In this document: positions 8,597 through 16,234 of the stretch, in pieces
How positions within the stretch are numbered: the first letter of the stretch is position 1
How the letters are laid out: each line of letters opens with the position of its first letter
Source of the DNA: Planctopirus limnophila DSM 3776
GTDB lineage: Bacteria > Planctomycetota > Planctomycetia > Planctomycetales > Planctomycetaceae
NCBI RefSeq assembly: GCF_000092105.1
Contig: NC_014148.1
Span: 960,001-992,000 of the forward strand
DNA length: 32,000 nt
Direction: 5' to 3'
Made by a program: the position numbers and the translations under genes
The notes under the pieces: model-generated
What the model saw: only the letters and a program-made list of their open reading frames with translations
The model's database searches: none
What the model was told of the DNA's origin: nothing

Positions 8597-9607
8597 TTAC
8601 TCCCTCGTCATCTGACTGGAGGCAAGCTTTCCTGAAGGCAATTTGAGCTTATCAATCTCCTGTTCTGAGAGGCTTGCAGTCTCCCATGCTGCCGACTCAG
8701 GATGCGTGACTCCATAATTCTGCCATAGCTCACGATCAATCCGACTCGAAACAAATTGAATTCGTCCATCAGCAAACAGCGCATGCACACCACCCGCATG
8801 ATGGCTCCGGGCTGCTGCGGTATCTGTCAGGTAGCCATCACCATGCGCACAGGGCATGTTGGCTTTCACGTTGTTGTGGACTGCATTCTGTGGATCACAG
8901 AGCCTCGGATTCGGGTACAGCCTGTCGGGTACAGGACTGTTGGGAGGCAAAGAGGTGAATATCAGACTCATGCCCGCTTCATCGCCCCAGAGACCGCCAC
9001 GAAGGTCAGTAGGTGTTCCCGTGATGTACTCAGCCATGAGCAGCAGTGAAGCTCGGCCACGCTCCACACGATTCAGATCGAGTCCTGAATTCGCAAAGAA
9101 TGGTCCACGTTTGAGGGCGACATCAGCCATCGTTCGACCAAAACAGGCCATATAGTTGGTCATGGCCTGGTCGCCACACTTGAGATTGTTCTTGACGGCT
9201 CCGCCTCGCAAATCTGACGGACAGAGCAGTTCCGGCCGGGGCATGCTGGTGACATGTTCGTTTTGTGACGAGCACCATGTGACGCCTGGAACCGGCAAAA
9301 GCGTTCCTTCTCCGAGAACTTCTAGAAGATTGGCATAGTAGGTGGTCCGTGGCGCGTCGTATTGAAATCTTCCCCAGAGCACACCAGGTGGCAATGTGCC
9401 ATAAGCCGATTCATGGGCTGCCAATCCCGTGGACAAACGCGACAACCTTTGCTGGCACAAAACCTTACGCTGACTCTCGCGAGAATTCAGAACTGCGGGA
9501 ACGGCGATTCCACAAATCACCAGGCCAATAGCAATCGATAAAATGACTTCAGGCCACCAGAACATGGAAGCGACGCCCAGGTCACTCGATCGATCCATCG
9601 GGTTCAT
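8597..9607 (-). CDS. DUF1559 domain protein (planctomycete pseudopilin-like) with divergent prepilin-type N-terminus
   Basis: The ORF track gives 8597..9628 (TTG). I prefer the ATG at 9607, preceded by GAGGA 7 nt upstream. The N-terminal hydrophobic helix carries a Glu (MFWWPEVILSIAIGLVICGIAVPAVLNSRESQRKVLCQQRL). The C-terminal hallmark SHHAGGVHALFADGRIQFVS is typical of DUF1559 proteins. Confidence 0.85.
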   Translation of the reverse strand: MNPMDRSSDLGVASMFWWPEVILSIAIGLVICGIAVPAVLNSRESQRKVLCQQRLSRLSTGLAAHESAYGTLPPGVLWGRFQYDAPRTTYYANLLEVLGEGTLLPVPGVTWCSSQNEHVTSMPRPELLCPSDLRGGAVKNNLKCGDQAMTNYMACFGRTMADVALKRGPFFANSGLDLNRVERGRASLLLMAEYITGTPTDLRGGLWGDEAGMSLIFTSLPPNSPVPDRLYPNPRLCDPQNAVHNNVKANMPCAHGDGYLTDTAAARSHHAGGVHALFADGRIQFVSSRIDRELWQNYGVTHPESAAWETASLSEQEIDKLKLPSGKLASSQMTRE

Positions 9608-9880
9608 CCTTGATTCCTCGCCGCACAATGAAAGATCTCTTCGATCGAATCATCGATCCGCAGTCTTCGATGGGGGGAAGAGATTCCCTGAAAGTGCCGT
9701 TGCAAATGCTTGTACTTTGGAGAAGTTCTGGCGCGAAGATGGAAACGGTTCAATTCCAATGGCCGAAATCTCCAAAAACCTCTCTCACCATGAATTGCCC
9801 AAGTCGATAGACTGTTGTGCCATCGTGACTTCTGTCACTTTCTGGCAAAATTTCCGATGGGCAGTTTTTCCGGTGCGATC

Positions 9881-10876
9881 ATGCGAATGGAATCTCAAGG
9901 TCTCACTCACATTCCGGCATCCCGAAACCAGGGTCATCGCCCCCGCGCTAGTCGTACGCAACCAGTTCACCGCAAAAGCTTTAAGATCTCGATCCTTCCT
10001 CAGGCCTGTCTTTGCCTGATGCTGTGTCTGGTGATGGCCACGGGGATGGTGGCAGTCCACCAGAGTGATGCTCTGGCACAAGGGGGAGATTCCGCCGCCA
10101 TCGATCCATCCGCTTCTGGTGCAGCAAATGCTCAGGCAGTGCCGAGTACAGAAGAGAGCCAGAAGCCGGCCACGAAAATCCCGGAAACACCTCTGGAGAT
10201 TCTGAACGGGCTGGGTGTTTTTGTTTATCCGCTGGGCCTGGCTTCCGTGCTGGTCTTGTGGGTGACCATTGAGCGCCTGGTTGTGCTGAGACGCAGCCGC
10301 GTGATTCCCCAGCCCTTTGTCAGACGTTTCTTTGATCACATGCGGGAAGGACATCTCGATCCCAAAACATCTCTCCAATTGTGTGAAGAAAATGGCAGCC
10401 CGATTTCGATTGTGTTTGCACACGGTCTGCGGAAGTGGGGCAAGCCGAGCGTGGAAGTGGAACAGGCCATCATTGATGGAGGCGAACGCCAGACCAGCCA
10501 ATTGCGAAAACACATTCGGGTTCTGAATGGGGCTGCGACAGTTGCTCCGTTAATTGGTCTGCTGGGAACAGTGGCCGGTATGATCGAGAGCTTCAATACC
10601 ATCGCTGCCAAGCAGGCGATGGGAAGGACAGAAGATCTTGCGGCTGGCATCGGACTGGCACTGCTGACGACAGCGGCTGGTCTGCTCATCGCAATCCCTG
10701 CATTGATCATGTACATGTATTTTGCCGGGCGCGTCGATTCGTTGATCATCGAAATGGATGGGCTGGCGCAGGATCTTGTCGATTTGATTTCAGCCGAAGG
10801 ACTTGCAGATCAGGAACGAGCGGCCCGTTCCACGTCGTCTTCGAGTAAATCGACAGAGGTCAAGAAACCTGCCTGA
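9881..10876 (+). CDS. MotA/TolQ/ExbB family proton channel protein (no ExbD/TolR partner adjacent)
   Basis: The ORF track gives 9815 (TTG). The start is uncertain: ATGs lie at 9857, 9881 and 9887. There is a long N-terminal region with the hydrophobic stretch [22 protein letters not shown]. The core carries [23 protein letters not shown] and the signature [17 protein letters not shown]...[23 protein letters not shown]. Confidence 0.85.
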   Translation: MRMESQGLTHIPASRNQGHRPRASRTQPVHRKSFKISILPQACLCLMLCLVMATGMVAVHQSDALAQGGDSAAIDPSASGAANAQAVPSTEESQKPATKIPETPLEILNGLGVFVYPLGLASVLVLWVTIERLVVLRRSRVIPQPFVRRFFDHMREGHLDPKTSLQLCEENGSPISIVFAHGLRKWGKPSVEVEQAIIDGGERQTSQLRKHIRVLNGAATVAPLIGLLGTVAGMIESFNTIAAKQAMGRTEDLAAGIGLALLTTAAGLLIAIPALIMYMYFAGRVDSLIIEMDGLAQDLVDLISAEGLADQERAARSTSSSSKSTEVKKPA

Positions 10877-10920
10877 GCGATGCATTTCCTCGATCTGCCG
10901 CCCGATCTACGCATGACAAG

Positions 10921-10949
10921 TTGCGAAAACGCATACAAGGTTCTATAGT
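10921..10949 (+). promoter_or_regulatory. Candidate sigma70-type promoter of the Fur-family gene
   Basis: TTGCGA (10921-10926), a 17-nt spacer, then TATAGT (10944-10949). This sits about 55 nt upstream of the ATG at 11004. It is immediately followed by the inverted repeat TTGCA-TAAACT-TGCAA (10949-10964). Confidence 0.35.
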
Positions 10950-11003
10950 TGCATAAACTTGCAATTGTCAATTACCAGCCGTTTCGCCTGTGGAATTTTC
11001 GGT

Positions 11004-11462
11004 ATGTCGAAGGAAGCGGAAACCGATGCCGGTTCGGTGGCTGAAATTCGCCGTGTTTTGGGTAAGGCCAATCTACGCACCACAGCGGCTCGTATTGCTG
11101 TCCTTCGCCAATTGCAGCAGGCGACTGCTCCCGTAACTCATGCCGAGGTCGCTGAAGAACTCGTACCGACGGGTTTCGACAAAGCGACAGTTTTCCGCAA
11201 TCTGACCGATCTGGTGGATGCCGGGCTCGTCACTCGCAGTGAACTGGGCGACCATGTCTGGCGATTTGAGCTGAATGATCTCAATAATCCCGAGAAAGAT
11301 CAGCATCCGCACTTTGTCTGCATTACTTGTGGAAAAGTGACCTGCCTCCATGGCAGCGAACTTCCCAAGTTCGACAAAGAGAGCTGGGCCCGTATTGGCA
11401 AAGTCAATGAGATTCTGCTCAAAGGCTTCTGCGTCCAATGCTCCAACAGCACCAAAAGCTGA
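11004..11462 (+). CDS. Fur family transcriptional regulator (Fur/Zur/PerR type not resolved)
   Basis: The ORF track starts at TTG 10959; the ATG at 11004 is preferred. Winged-helix part: RTTAARIAVLRQL...HAEVAEEL...DKATVFRNLTDLVDAGLV. The C-terminal part carries paired CxxC motifs, HPHFVCITCGKV and GFCVQCS. Confidence 0.85.
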   Translation: MSKEAETDAGSVAEIRRVLGKANLRTTAARIAVLRQLQQATAPVTHAEVAEELVPTGFDKATVFRNLTDLVDAGLVTRSELGDHVWRFELNDLNNPEKDQHPHFVCITCGKVTCLHGSELPKFDKESWARIGKVNEILLKGFCVQCSNSTKS

Positions 11463-11497
11463 AACCTTTCGCCTGATGAACCGTTCGCACCAGCTTA

Positions 11498-11529
11498 GTG
11501 TGCCATGTTTGCCGTTCTGGGCAAGCATG
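11498..11529 (+). repeat. REP-like hairpin element, copy A
   Basis: GTGTGCCATGTTTGCCGTTCTGGGCAAGCATG, 36 nt after the Fur-family stop. The stem is CATGTTTGC(C)/(G)GCAAGCATG with one G.U pair. By my count 28 of 32 positions are identical to copy B. Confidence 0.7.
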
Positions 11530-11798
11530 TCTTTGCAATCAACACTGCACTGTCGTCTCTGGGAACCCCATAAGCCTGCGATTCAGCGTGAGGGATATTC
11601 GTCTTCTTGACAGAAAATCGCATGCAAATCCTTGAATGGTGCCCTCATCCGCCTACCATTCGAAGTGATTACGGCGAGAATATCTGGCATTCTGATGGAA
11701 TCCCCATCAGTCATCCTCGGGTAAATGATCCCGACATTCTCGGTCTCTGATTTCCTCCCCGATTTGACTCACTGCGACATTCACACAGCGGAGATACC

Positions 11799-12542
11799 AT
11801 GAGCATGGCCGATGAATACTCTGATGACGACGGCGATTGCATTCACGGTAACGCCACAATGCCGCATGGTTCGAACTCCGCGATTGATGTTCTGGGGGAT
11901 AACAGCCAGACTCAACTCCTCACCAGCAGTCACTCTTCCGCCTTACCACCTTCGCCTCGCGAAATGAGAGCTGAGCCTGACTTGCCGCGAATTCAGCGGG
12001 CTGTCCGTGAGATTCTCTCTGCGATTGGCGAAAATCCTGATCGGGAAGGTCTCCAGGAAACTCCCGCCCGCGTGGCCCGTATGTTTGCCGAATTAACAGC
12101 GGGTTTGCGCTGTGATCCCGCCAGGCATCTCGAACGCGTCTTTCCCGAGCAGTATGACGAACTCGTGCTGGTTAAAGATATCAGCTTCAACAGCATGTGT
12201 GAGCATCATCTGTTGCCCTTTATGGGCGTGGCTCACATTGGTTATCTTCCGCGGGGAAAAGTTGTGGGCTTAAGTAAGCTCGCCCGCATCGTGGATGAGA
12301 TCTCTCATCAACCCCAGGTACAGGAACGCATGACTCAGCAGATTGCTGATCTCATGCAAAGCGTCCTCGATCCCAAAGGTGTCATCGTTGTGTTGGAAGC
12401 GACTCACACCTGCATGACGATTCGCGGCATCCGCAAACCTGGGTCGCTCACAATCACCAGCGCTGTGCGTGGACTTTTCAAGACCAACCAGGCTAGCCGG
12501 GCCGAAGTGATGTCACTCATGCAGCAGCGAAGAAGCGTATAG
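11799..12542 (+). CDS. folE: GTP cyclohydrolase I (FolE, Zn-dependent type)
   Basis: 247 aa. The ATG at 11799 has GGAGA 4 nt upstream; an alternative ATG at 11964 would remove an acidic/Ser-rich 55-aa extension. Core motifs: [70 protein letters not shown]. Confidence 0.92.
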   Translation: MSMADEYSDDDGDCIHGNATMPHGSNSAIDVLGDNSQTQLLTSSHSSALPPSPREMRAEPDLPRIQRAVREILSAIGENPDREGLQETPARVARMFAELTAGLRCDPARHLERVFPEQYDELVLVKDISFNSMCEHHLLPFMGVAHIGYLPRGKVVGLSKLARIVDEISHQPQVQERMTQQIADLMQSVLDPKGVIVVLEATHTCMTIRGIRKPGSLTITSAVRGLFKTNQASRAEVMSLMQQRRSV

Positions 12543-12569
12543 CACGAAATCCAGCCTGAATTACGCTCT

Positions 12570-12601
12570 GTGTGCCATGCTTGCGGCTCTGAGCAAGCAT
12601 G
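12570..12601 (+). repeat. REP-like hairpin element, copy B
   Basis: GTGTGCCATGCTTGCGGCTCTGAGCAAGCATG, 28 nt after the folE stop. It forms a perfect 9-bp stem, CATGCTTGC/GCAAGCATG, with an 8-nt loop. Confidence 0.7.
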
Positions 12602-12764
12602 CAATACACACTTTAGACTCAGATCTATCGCTGAGATACGTCTCAGCGTTTGCACTGACCACTGCCTTCGCATGAACAGCCATCACACTTGCTTACCCAA
12701 AGTGCTGGCTCACTGACGGCTGATCATATTGCAGCAATGCTGCATGAAAATCTTCCGGATGGAC

Positions 12765-12911
12765 TTACGGCACGACTTTCCAGCCGTATTCACCCAATTC
12801 CAGCACCAAGAAGATAATGCCGGCAATCAGTGCCGAGAGCGAAACAAACAGCAGGGCGTCGTAGATCCCGGGGCTGGGTGCATCACTGGAGTTAGAGCCG
12901 CGTGGTGACAT
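12765..12911 (-). CDS. 48-aa single-pass membrane microprotein (hypothetical)
   Basis: The ATG at 12911 lies inside the 64-aa track ORF and has GAGG 5 nt upstream. It overlaps the end of the upstream coiled-coil gene by 20 nt. It has one clear TM helix, YDALLFVSLSALIAGIIFLVLEL. No family was recognised. Confidence 0.45.
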   Translation of the reverse strand: MSPRGSNSSDAPSPGIYDALLFVSLSALIAGIIFLVLELGEYGWKVVP

Positions 12912-13740
12912 TATCGCCTCGTTGAATAGTGCTGTTCTTGGTTCGTTCGACAACTTCACCGACAGCCCGATCAGGCGTGATGAAGTTTAAGCGGATTTTT
13001 CCCAGATATCGATCATTGCGATAGATCGTCAGTTCGTGGCCTTTGGTTAACCCATCGTCGCTGCCCAGGCTGATTTCGACAGTCTCACTGGTTCCAGGGC
13101 GGGCAGGGCGCAGATCCATCACCACACCAGTGACAGGTGGCGGCGGTGTGGTGGAAACCACCATACTCTTGATGTCGGTGGGGAGGTCTTTGGATGCCAG
13201 GAACGACTTCATCGTCGCAATTTCCCGCAGCGATTCTTCATGCTTAGCAAGCAGTGCATCCAATTTGACCTTGGCACCAAAAATCTCGTCGCTCAATTTG
13301 TTGTTTGCCGTAATCAACTGATTACGGGAATTTTCCAGTTCAATATTCCTGGCCCGCTGCAGCTGTGCCTCGAGCAGACGTTGTTCAGCTTCCGAGGTGC
13401 TGAGCCCGGCAATCTTCTGCTCCGAATTGGCCAACGCTTTCAGTCGTGCTGTTTCGGCTTCGAGAGAAGTATTCCGCAATGTCAGTGCATTTTTTTCGCC
13501 GGTCAGTTGAGTCACCTGCTGCTGCAGATCGGCTTCTTTCTTGGCGGCGGCGTCGGCAGCCTGAGTCAATGCCGTCGACTTCTCGACGAGTTCTTTTTTG
13601 GCAACATCGAGTTGCTTTTGAGTGGTTTCTTTCGCCGTACGCCAGTTCACCTGGGCTGTATAAATGGCACCGGCAAAGCCCATGAAAACCACGGCCAGAA
13701 CCAGATGCAGCACAACGAGAATTTTGCCAACAAATGTCAT
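12892..13740 (-). CDS. Bitopic coiled-coil membrane protein with small C-terminal beta-rich domain (hypothetical)
   Basis: 282 aa. The ATG at 13740 has GAGG 6 nt upstream. N-terminal TM: KILVVLHLVLAVVFMGFAGAIYTAQVNW. A long Q/E/K/L/A-rich heptad region follows, then a PPPP linker. The C-terminus reads VTGVVMDL...VEISLGSDDGLTKGHELTIYRNDRYLGKIRL...IQRGDNVTT. Confidence 0.7.
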   Translation of the reverse strand: MTFVGKILVVLHLVLAVVFMGFAGAIYTAQVNWRTAKETTQKQLDVAKKELVEKSTALTQAADAAAKKEADLQQQVTQLTGEKNALTLRNTSLEAETARLKALANSEQKIAGLSTSEAEQRLLEAQLQRARNIELENSRNQLITANNKLSDEIFGAKVKLDALLAKHEESLREIATMKSFLASKDLPTDIKSMVVSTTPPPPVTGVVMDLRPARPGTSETVEISLGSDDGLTKGHELTIYRNDRYLGKIRLNFITPDRAVGEVVERTKNSTIQRGDNVTTRL

Positions 13741-13845
13741 AGCGAACCTCAGGTCCGTTCAGCCGGGAAAACGTCAAATTCAATGTCAGACTTCAGCAGC
13801 AATTACAACGTTTCGAATCGCGATGCTGATTTTTCAAAATGAATA

Positions 13846-14562
13846 CTATGTCGCAGATTTCAATGAAAGCGGCGCTCCATTAGCAGGCACCTGATCGTCG
13901 TAAGGCTCACCCAATAACTGCTTCAACTGAGCCTGACGCCGTTTCAAACGATCGAGATTCTGTTCCAGACGCAACAGTTCATCTGTCAGTGCATTTTTCT
14001 GCTGTGTGGCAGCAAACAAATCATTGCGAATCAGTTCGAGCTGATTTTTCAACCGGTAAACTTCAGCCCTGCGCTCTTCACCTTCACCACGAACCTTTTC
14101 AATCTCGCCACCCAGGCGAGCCGCTTCCTCAGTCGCCGCAAGAATCTTTGCTCGCACTGCATCGAGATTCTTGAGCAGTTCAGCTTCTCGGCTCACGAGA
14201 GCCTGTTCATCGTCTTTTCGTAACGCCTGAATCTGTGGAATACGTGGCTTCAACGCGTCGATTTCGGCCTGAGTTTTCTGCAGCTTGTCACTCAGCTCCT
14301 GATTCAACTTCTGTTTGGCCGAGTTGACCACCTCGGAGAGAATCACACCTGAGCCAGCAGATTCCTTAGTCAATCGATGTGTTGCAGTGTACGTCGTCTT
14401 CTCACCCGGCTGCGAATTGAACTCGAAATAGTCATTCAGCGGAGAGTTCTGGGTGTCACCAACCCAGTTGCGACCACCATTCGCCAGCGAAGCCGCAAAA
14501 GCGGCAAAGCCCAGGCTGGCTGCCACCACGATCACCACCAGTATTCGTCCAAGCTGAGCCAT
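13846..14562 (-). CDS. Bitopic coiled-coil membrane protein (hypothetical, N-terminus paralogous to the downstream gene)
   Basis: 238 aa with ATG at 14562. The N-terminal TM, RILVVIVVAASLGFAAFAASLANGGRNW, resembles the N-terminus of the 282-aa neighbour. The C-terminal ~150 aa are heptad-rich (EIDALK...EAELLKNLDAVRAKI...LKNQLELIRNDL...LEQNLDRLKRRQAQLKQLL). Confidence 0.7.
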   Translation of the reverse strand: MAQLGRILVVIVVAASLGFAAFAASLANGGRNWVGDTQNSPLNDYFEFNSQPGEKTTYTATHRLTKESAGSGVILSEVVNSAKQKLNQELSDKLQKTQAEIDALKPRIPQIQALRKDDEQALVSREAELLKNLDAVRAKILAATEEAARLGGEIEKVRGEGEERRAEVYRLKNQLELIRNDLFAATQQKNALTDELLRLEQNLDRLKRRQAQLKQLLGEPYDDQVPANGAPLSLKSAT

Positions 14563-15103
14563 TCGTCGGCAAATCCCCAGAAATTGTTACTCAGCAATCC
14601 ATAGATCTGTTAATGAAAACAAACGATGGGCAGAACCCAGATCGAGCCTGAAACTCGTTCTCATTGGGAAAAGGCAAACTCTTCGTATCGATGCGTTGCA
14701 CCACCTGCTGAACATCAGTGTGAACACTTCATCCAGCTTTGCGTACCTTCTCTACTATAGAAATGCAGAAAAATCGGTGTCAACGAGGAATCGGGCAAGA
14801 CTTCAAGTCTTATCTGGGTTTTCGGCTTTCAGTGGCTACTGACCGCAGAATCGCTGGCTGAGGCGTCAGAATCATCATCAAGAGAGCTTCATAAGCAGCA
14901 GCATCTTATGTTTTTTCCGTGAATGACGATCCTTCCGATTGTCCGGTTGGGCAATTGGCAGCATGATAGCGGCAACTCAGGCATTCACTCAGTCATTCAG
15001 GCGGCTTGAAATCTTTTCATAACTGTCTTGGTTTCACTGACGTTTGCTCCACTGACAATTTACTGACCGACCATCTCATGCTGTCGTTTGCTGAAAGCGG
15101 GCC

Positions 15104-16060
15104 ATGCTGACAAAGCCAAACAGTTATCAACTCGTATTAGAGAATGGACAACTCATCCTCAAACTGCTGCCCGGATTGACGGAAGCCCCGTGGTCAGAAA
15201 TTGAGCAGGCTGGATTCGAGGCTGTTTCGGAAGTTCAAAAATTGGCCAAACCTCAAGTTGTGGTTGATCTCACCGAACTGAATTACATTGGCAGTTCCCA
15301 GGTTGCTCTGGTGATTCGCGTATGGAAGGCAGTCAAAGTCCAGGATGGTGCGCTGGTCGTGGCAACATCGAACAGCACTGTGCGTGAAGTTCTGGCACTT
15401 TCGGGGCTCGACCGTGTCTGGAAACTTGTCGAAACCTCTCAGGAGGCTCAGGCCGCACTGGGCCGTCAAGACATTCAACCGACCCTCGATGATGATCAGA
15501 GTGATGCCTCACCTCTCCCGGCCTATGCACTGCTGGCGGCCTGTGTCGTGGGAATTCTGGGTCTCATTGCTTACGGGATGGATGCGATTTCACCGGGGAG
15601 AATCTTGTTGGTCACAGGTGGAATCATGGCACTTGCCGCTGGCATCTGGGGCTTGTTGACCACCTTTGGCACGTTGCGTCTGTTTGCCGGGAGTGGAGTC
15701 TCTGCCGGGGTTGTTCTCGTTTTGATCTCCTTTCTTTTGCCACAGCCCAAAGGCGAGTTTCGCCGCAATGAGTCTGAAGGTGAAGAGGCAGCAGCGGGCA
15801 GTCAAGCGGCCTCCCCGGCTCCAGCCAAAGTGGTAAAACCCAAGGTCAATTCTCCTCAGGACGATCTCCCGAAGACTCAACCGGCTCCAGCAGAGCCATC
15901 TGCTGCCGTCAAGGCCACAAACGAACCACCCAAAGCGACCACACCGACAGATGCTGCTGATTCAGGAACTGGTTCACCTGAAACCAATTCTCCAGCTGCC
16001 ACGCCGGCAACAGAACCAGCAGAACCCATTACTCCTCGCTCGACGCTCAAAGACCTTTAA
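15104..16060 (+). CDS. STAS domain (anti-sigma-antagonist-like) membrane protein with Pro/Ala/Thr-rich tail
   Basis: 318 aa. STAS-like N-terminal ~120 aa: VVVDLTELNYIGSSQVALVIRVWKAVKVQDGALVVATSNSTVREVLALSGLDRVW. Hydrophobic helices follow (LLAACVVGILGLIAYG, LLVTGGIMALAAGIWGLL, VSAGVVLVLISFLL). The last ~90 aa are a low-complexity P/A/T/E tail. Confidence 0.8.
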   Translation: MLTKPNSYQLVLENGQLILKLLPGLTEAPWSEIEQAGFEAVSEVQKLAKPQVVVDLTELNYIGSSQVALVIRVWKAVKVQDGALVVATSNSTVREVLALSGLDRVWKLVETSQEAQAALGRQDIQPTLDDDQSDASPLPAYALLAACVVGILGLIAYGMDAISPGRILLVTGGIMALAAGIWGLLTTFGTLRLFAGSGVSAGVVLVLISFLLPQPKGEFRRNESEGEEAAAGSQAASPAPAKVVKPKVNSPQDDLPKTQPAPAEPSAAVKATNEPPKATTPTDAADSGTGSPETNSPAATPATEPAEPITPRSTLKDL

Positions 16061-16234
16061 AAAACTGTTGGCAGACAACGTTCAAGAACTCTGATCGAGC
16101 TGAGTTCTTCAGATCGATGACAGGTAGTACGACTTGGTTTGCTGCCATACACAGTTTCTACTTTTGCGATGTTCATCGTCATTTATTGAAACAGAGATTG
16201 TCTGCTGACTTTCTTTCACTCAGGAAACTCTCCC

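Noticed and set aside
9747-9757. GGTTCAATTCC, which resembles a tRNA T-arm/T-loop
   Set aside because: The flanking bases (AACGG / CCAAT) cannot form the 5-bp T-stem, and no acceptor, D or anticodon arms can be drawn. I found no tRNA-like structure anywhere in the window.
9785-10513. 242-aa ORF on the minus strand overlapping the ExbB/TolQ gene
   Set aside because: It is entirely antisense to a gene with clear family motifs. Its translation is low-complexity and Arg/His/Cys-rich with no recognisable motif. It is a typical shadow ORF.
11004-12542. Zur regulon idea: a Fur-family regulator adjacent to folE, as with Zur-controlled folE2
   Set aside because: This FolE carries the Zn-dependent type I ligand motifs (CEHH and HTCM), not those of the Zn-independent paralog usually controlled by Zur. 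The two genes are separated by 336 nt containing a hairpin element, so a functional link is unsupported.
14708-14716. The 9-mer GAACATCAG recurs in three intergenic regions (about 14708, 25074, 28612), and AGTGGCT recurs in several
   Set aside because: These were noticed post hoc. AGTGGCT also occurs inside coding regions (for example about 3168 and 8222). The counts are too small for significance without genome-wide statistics.
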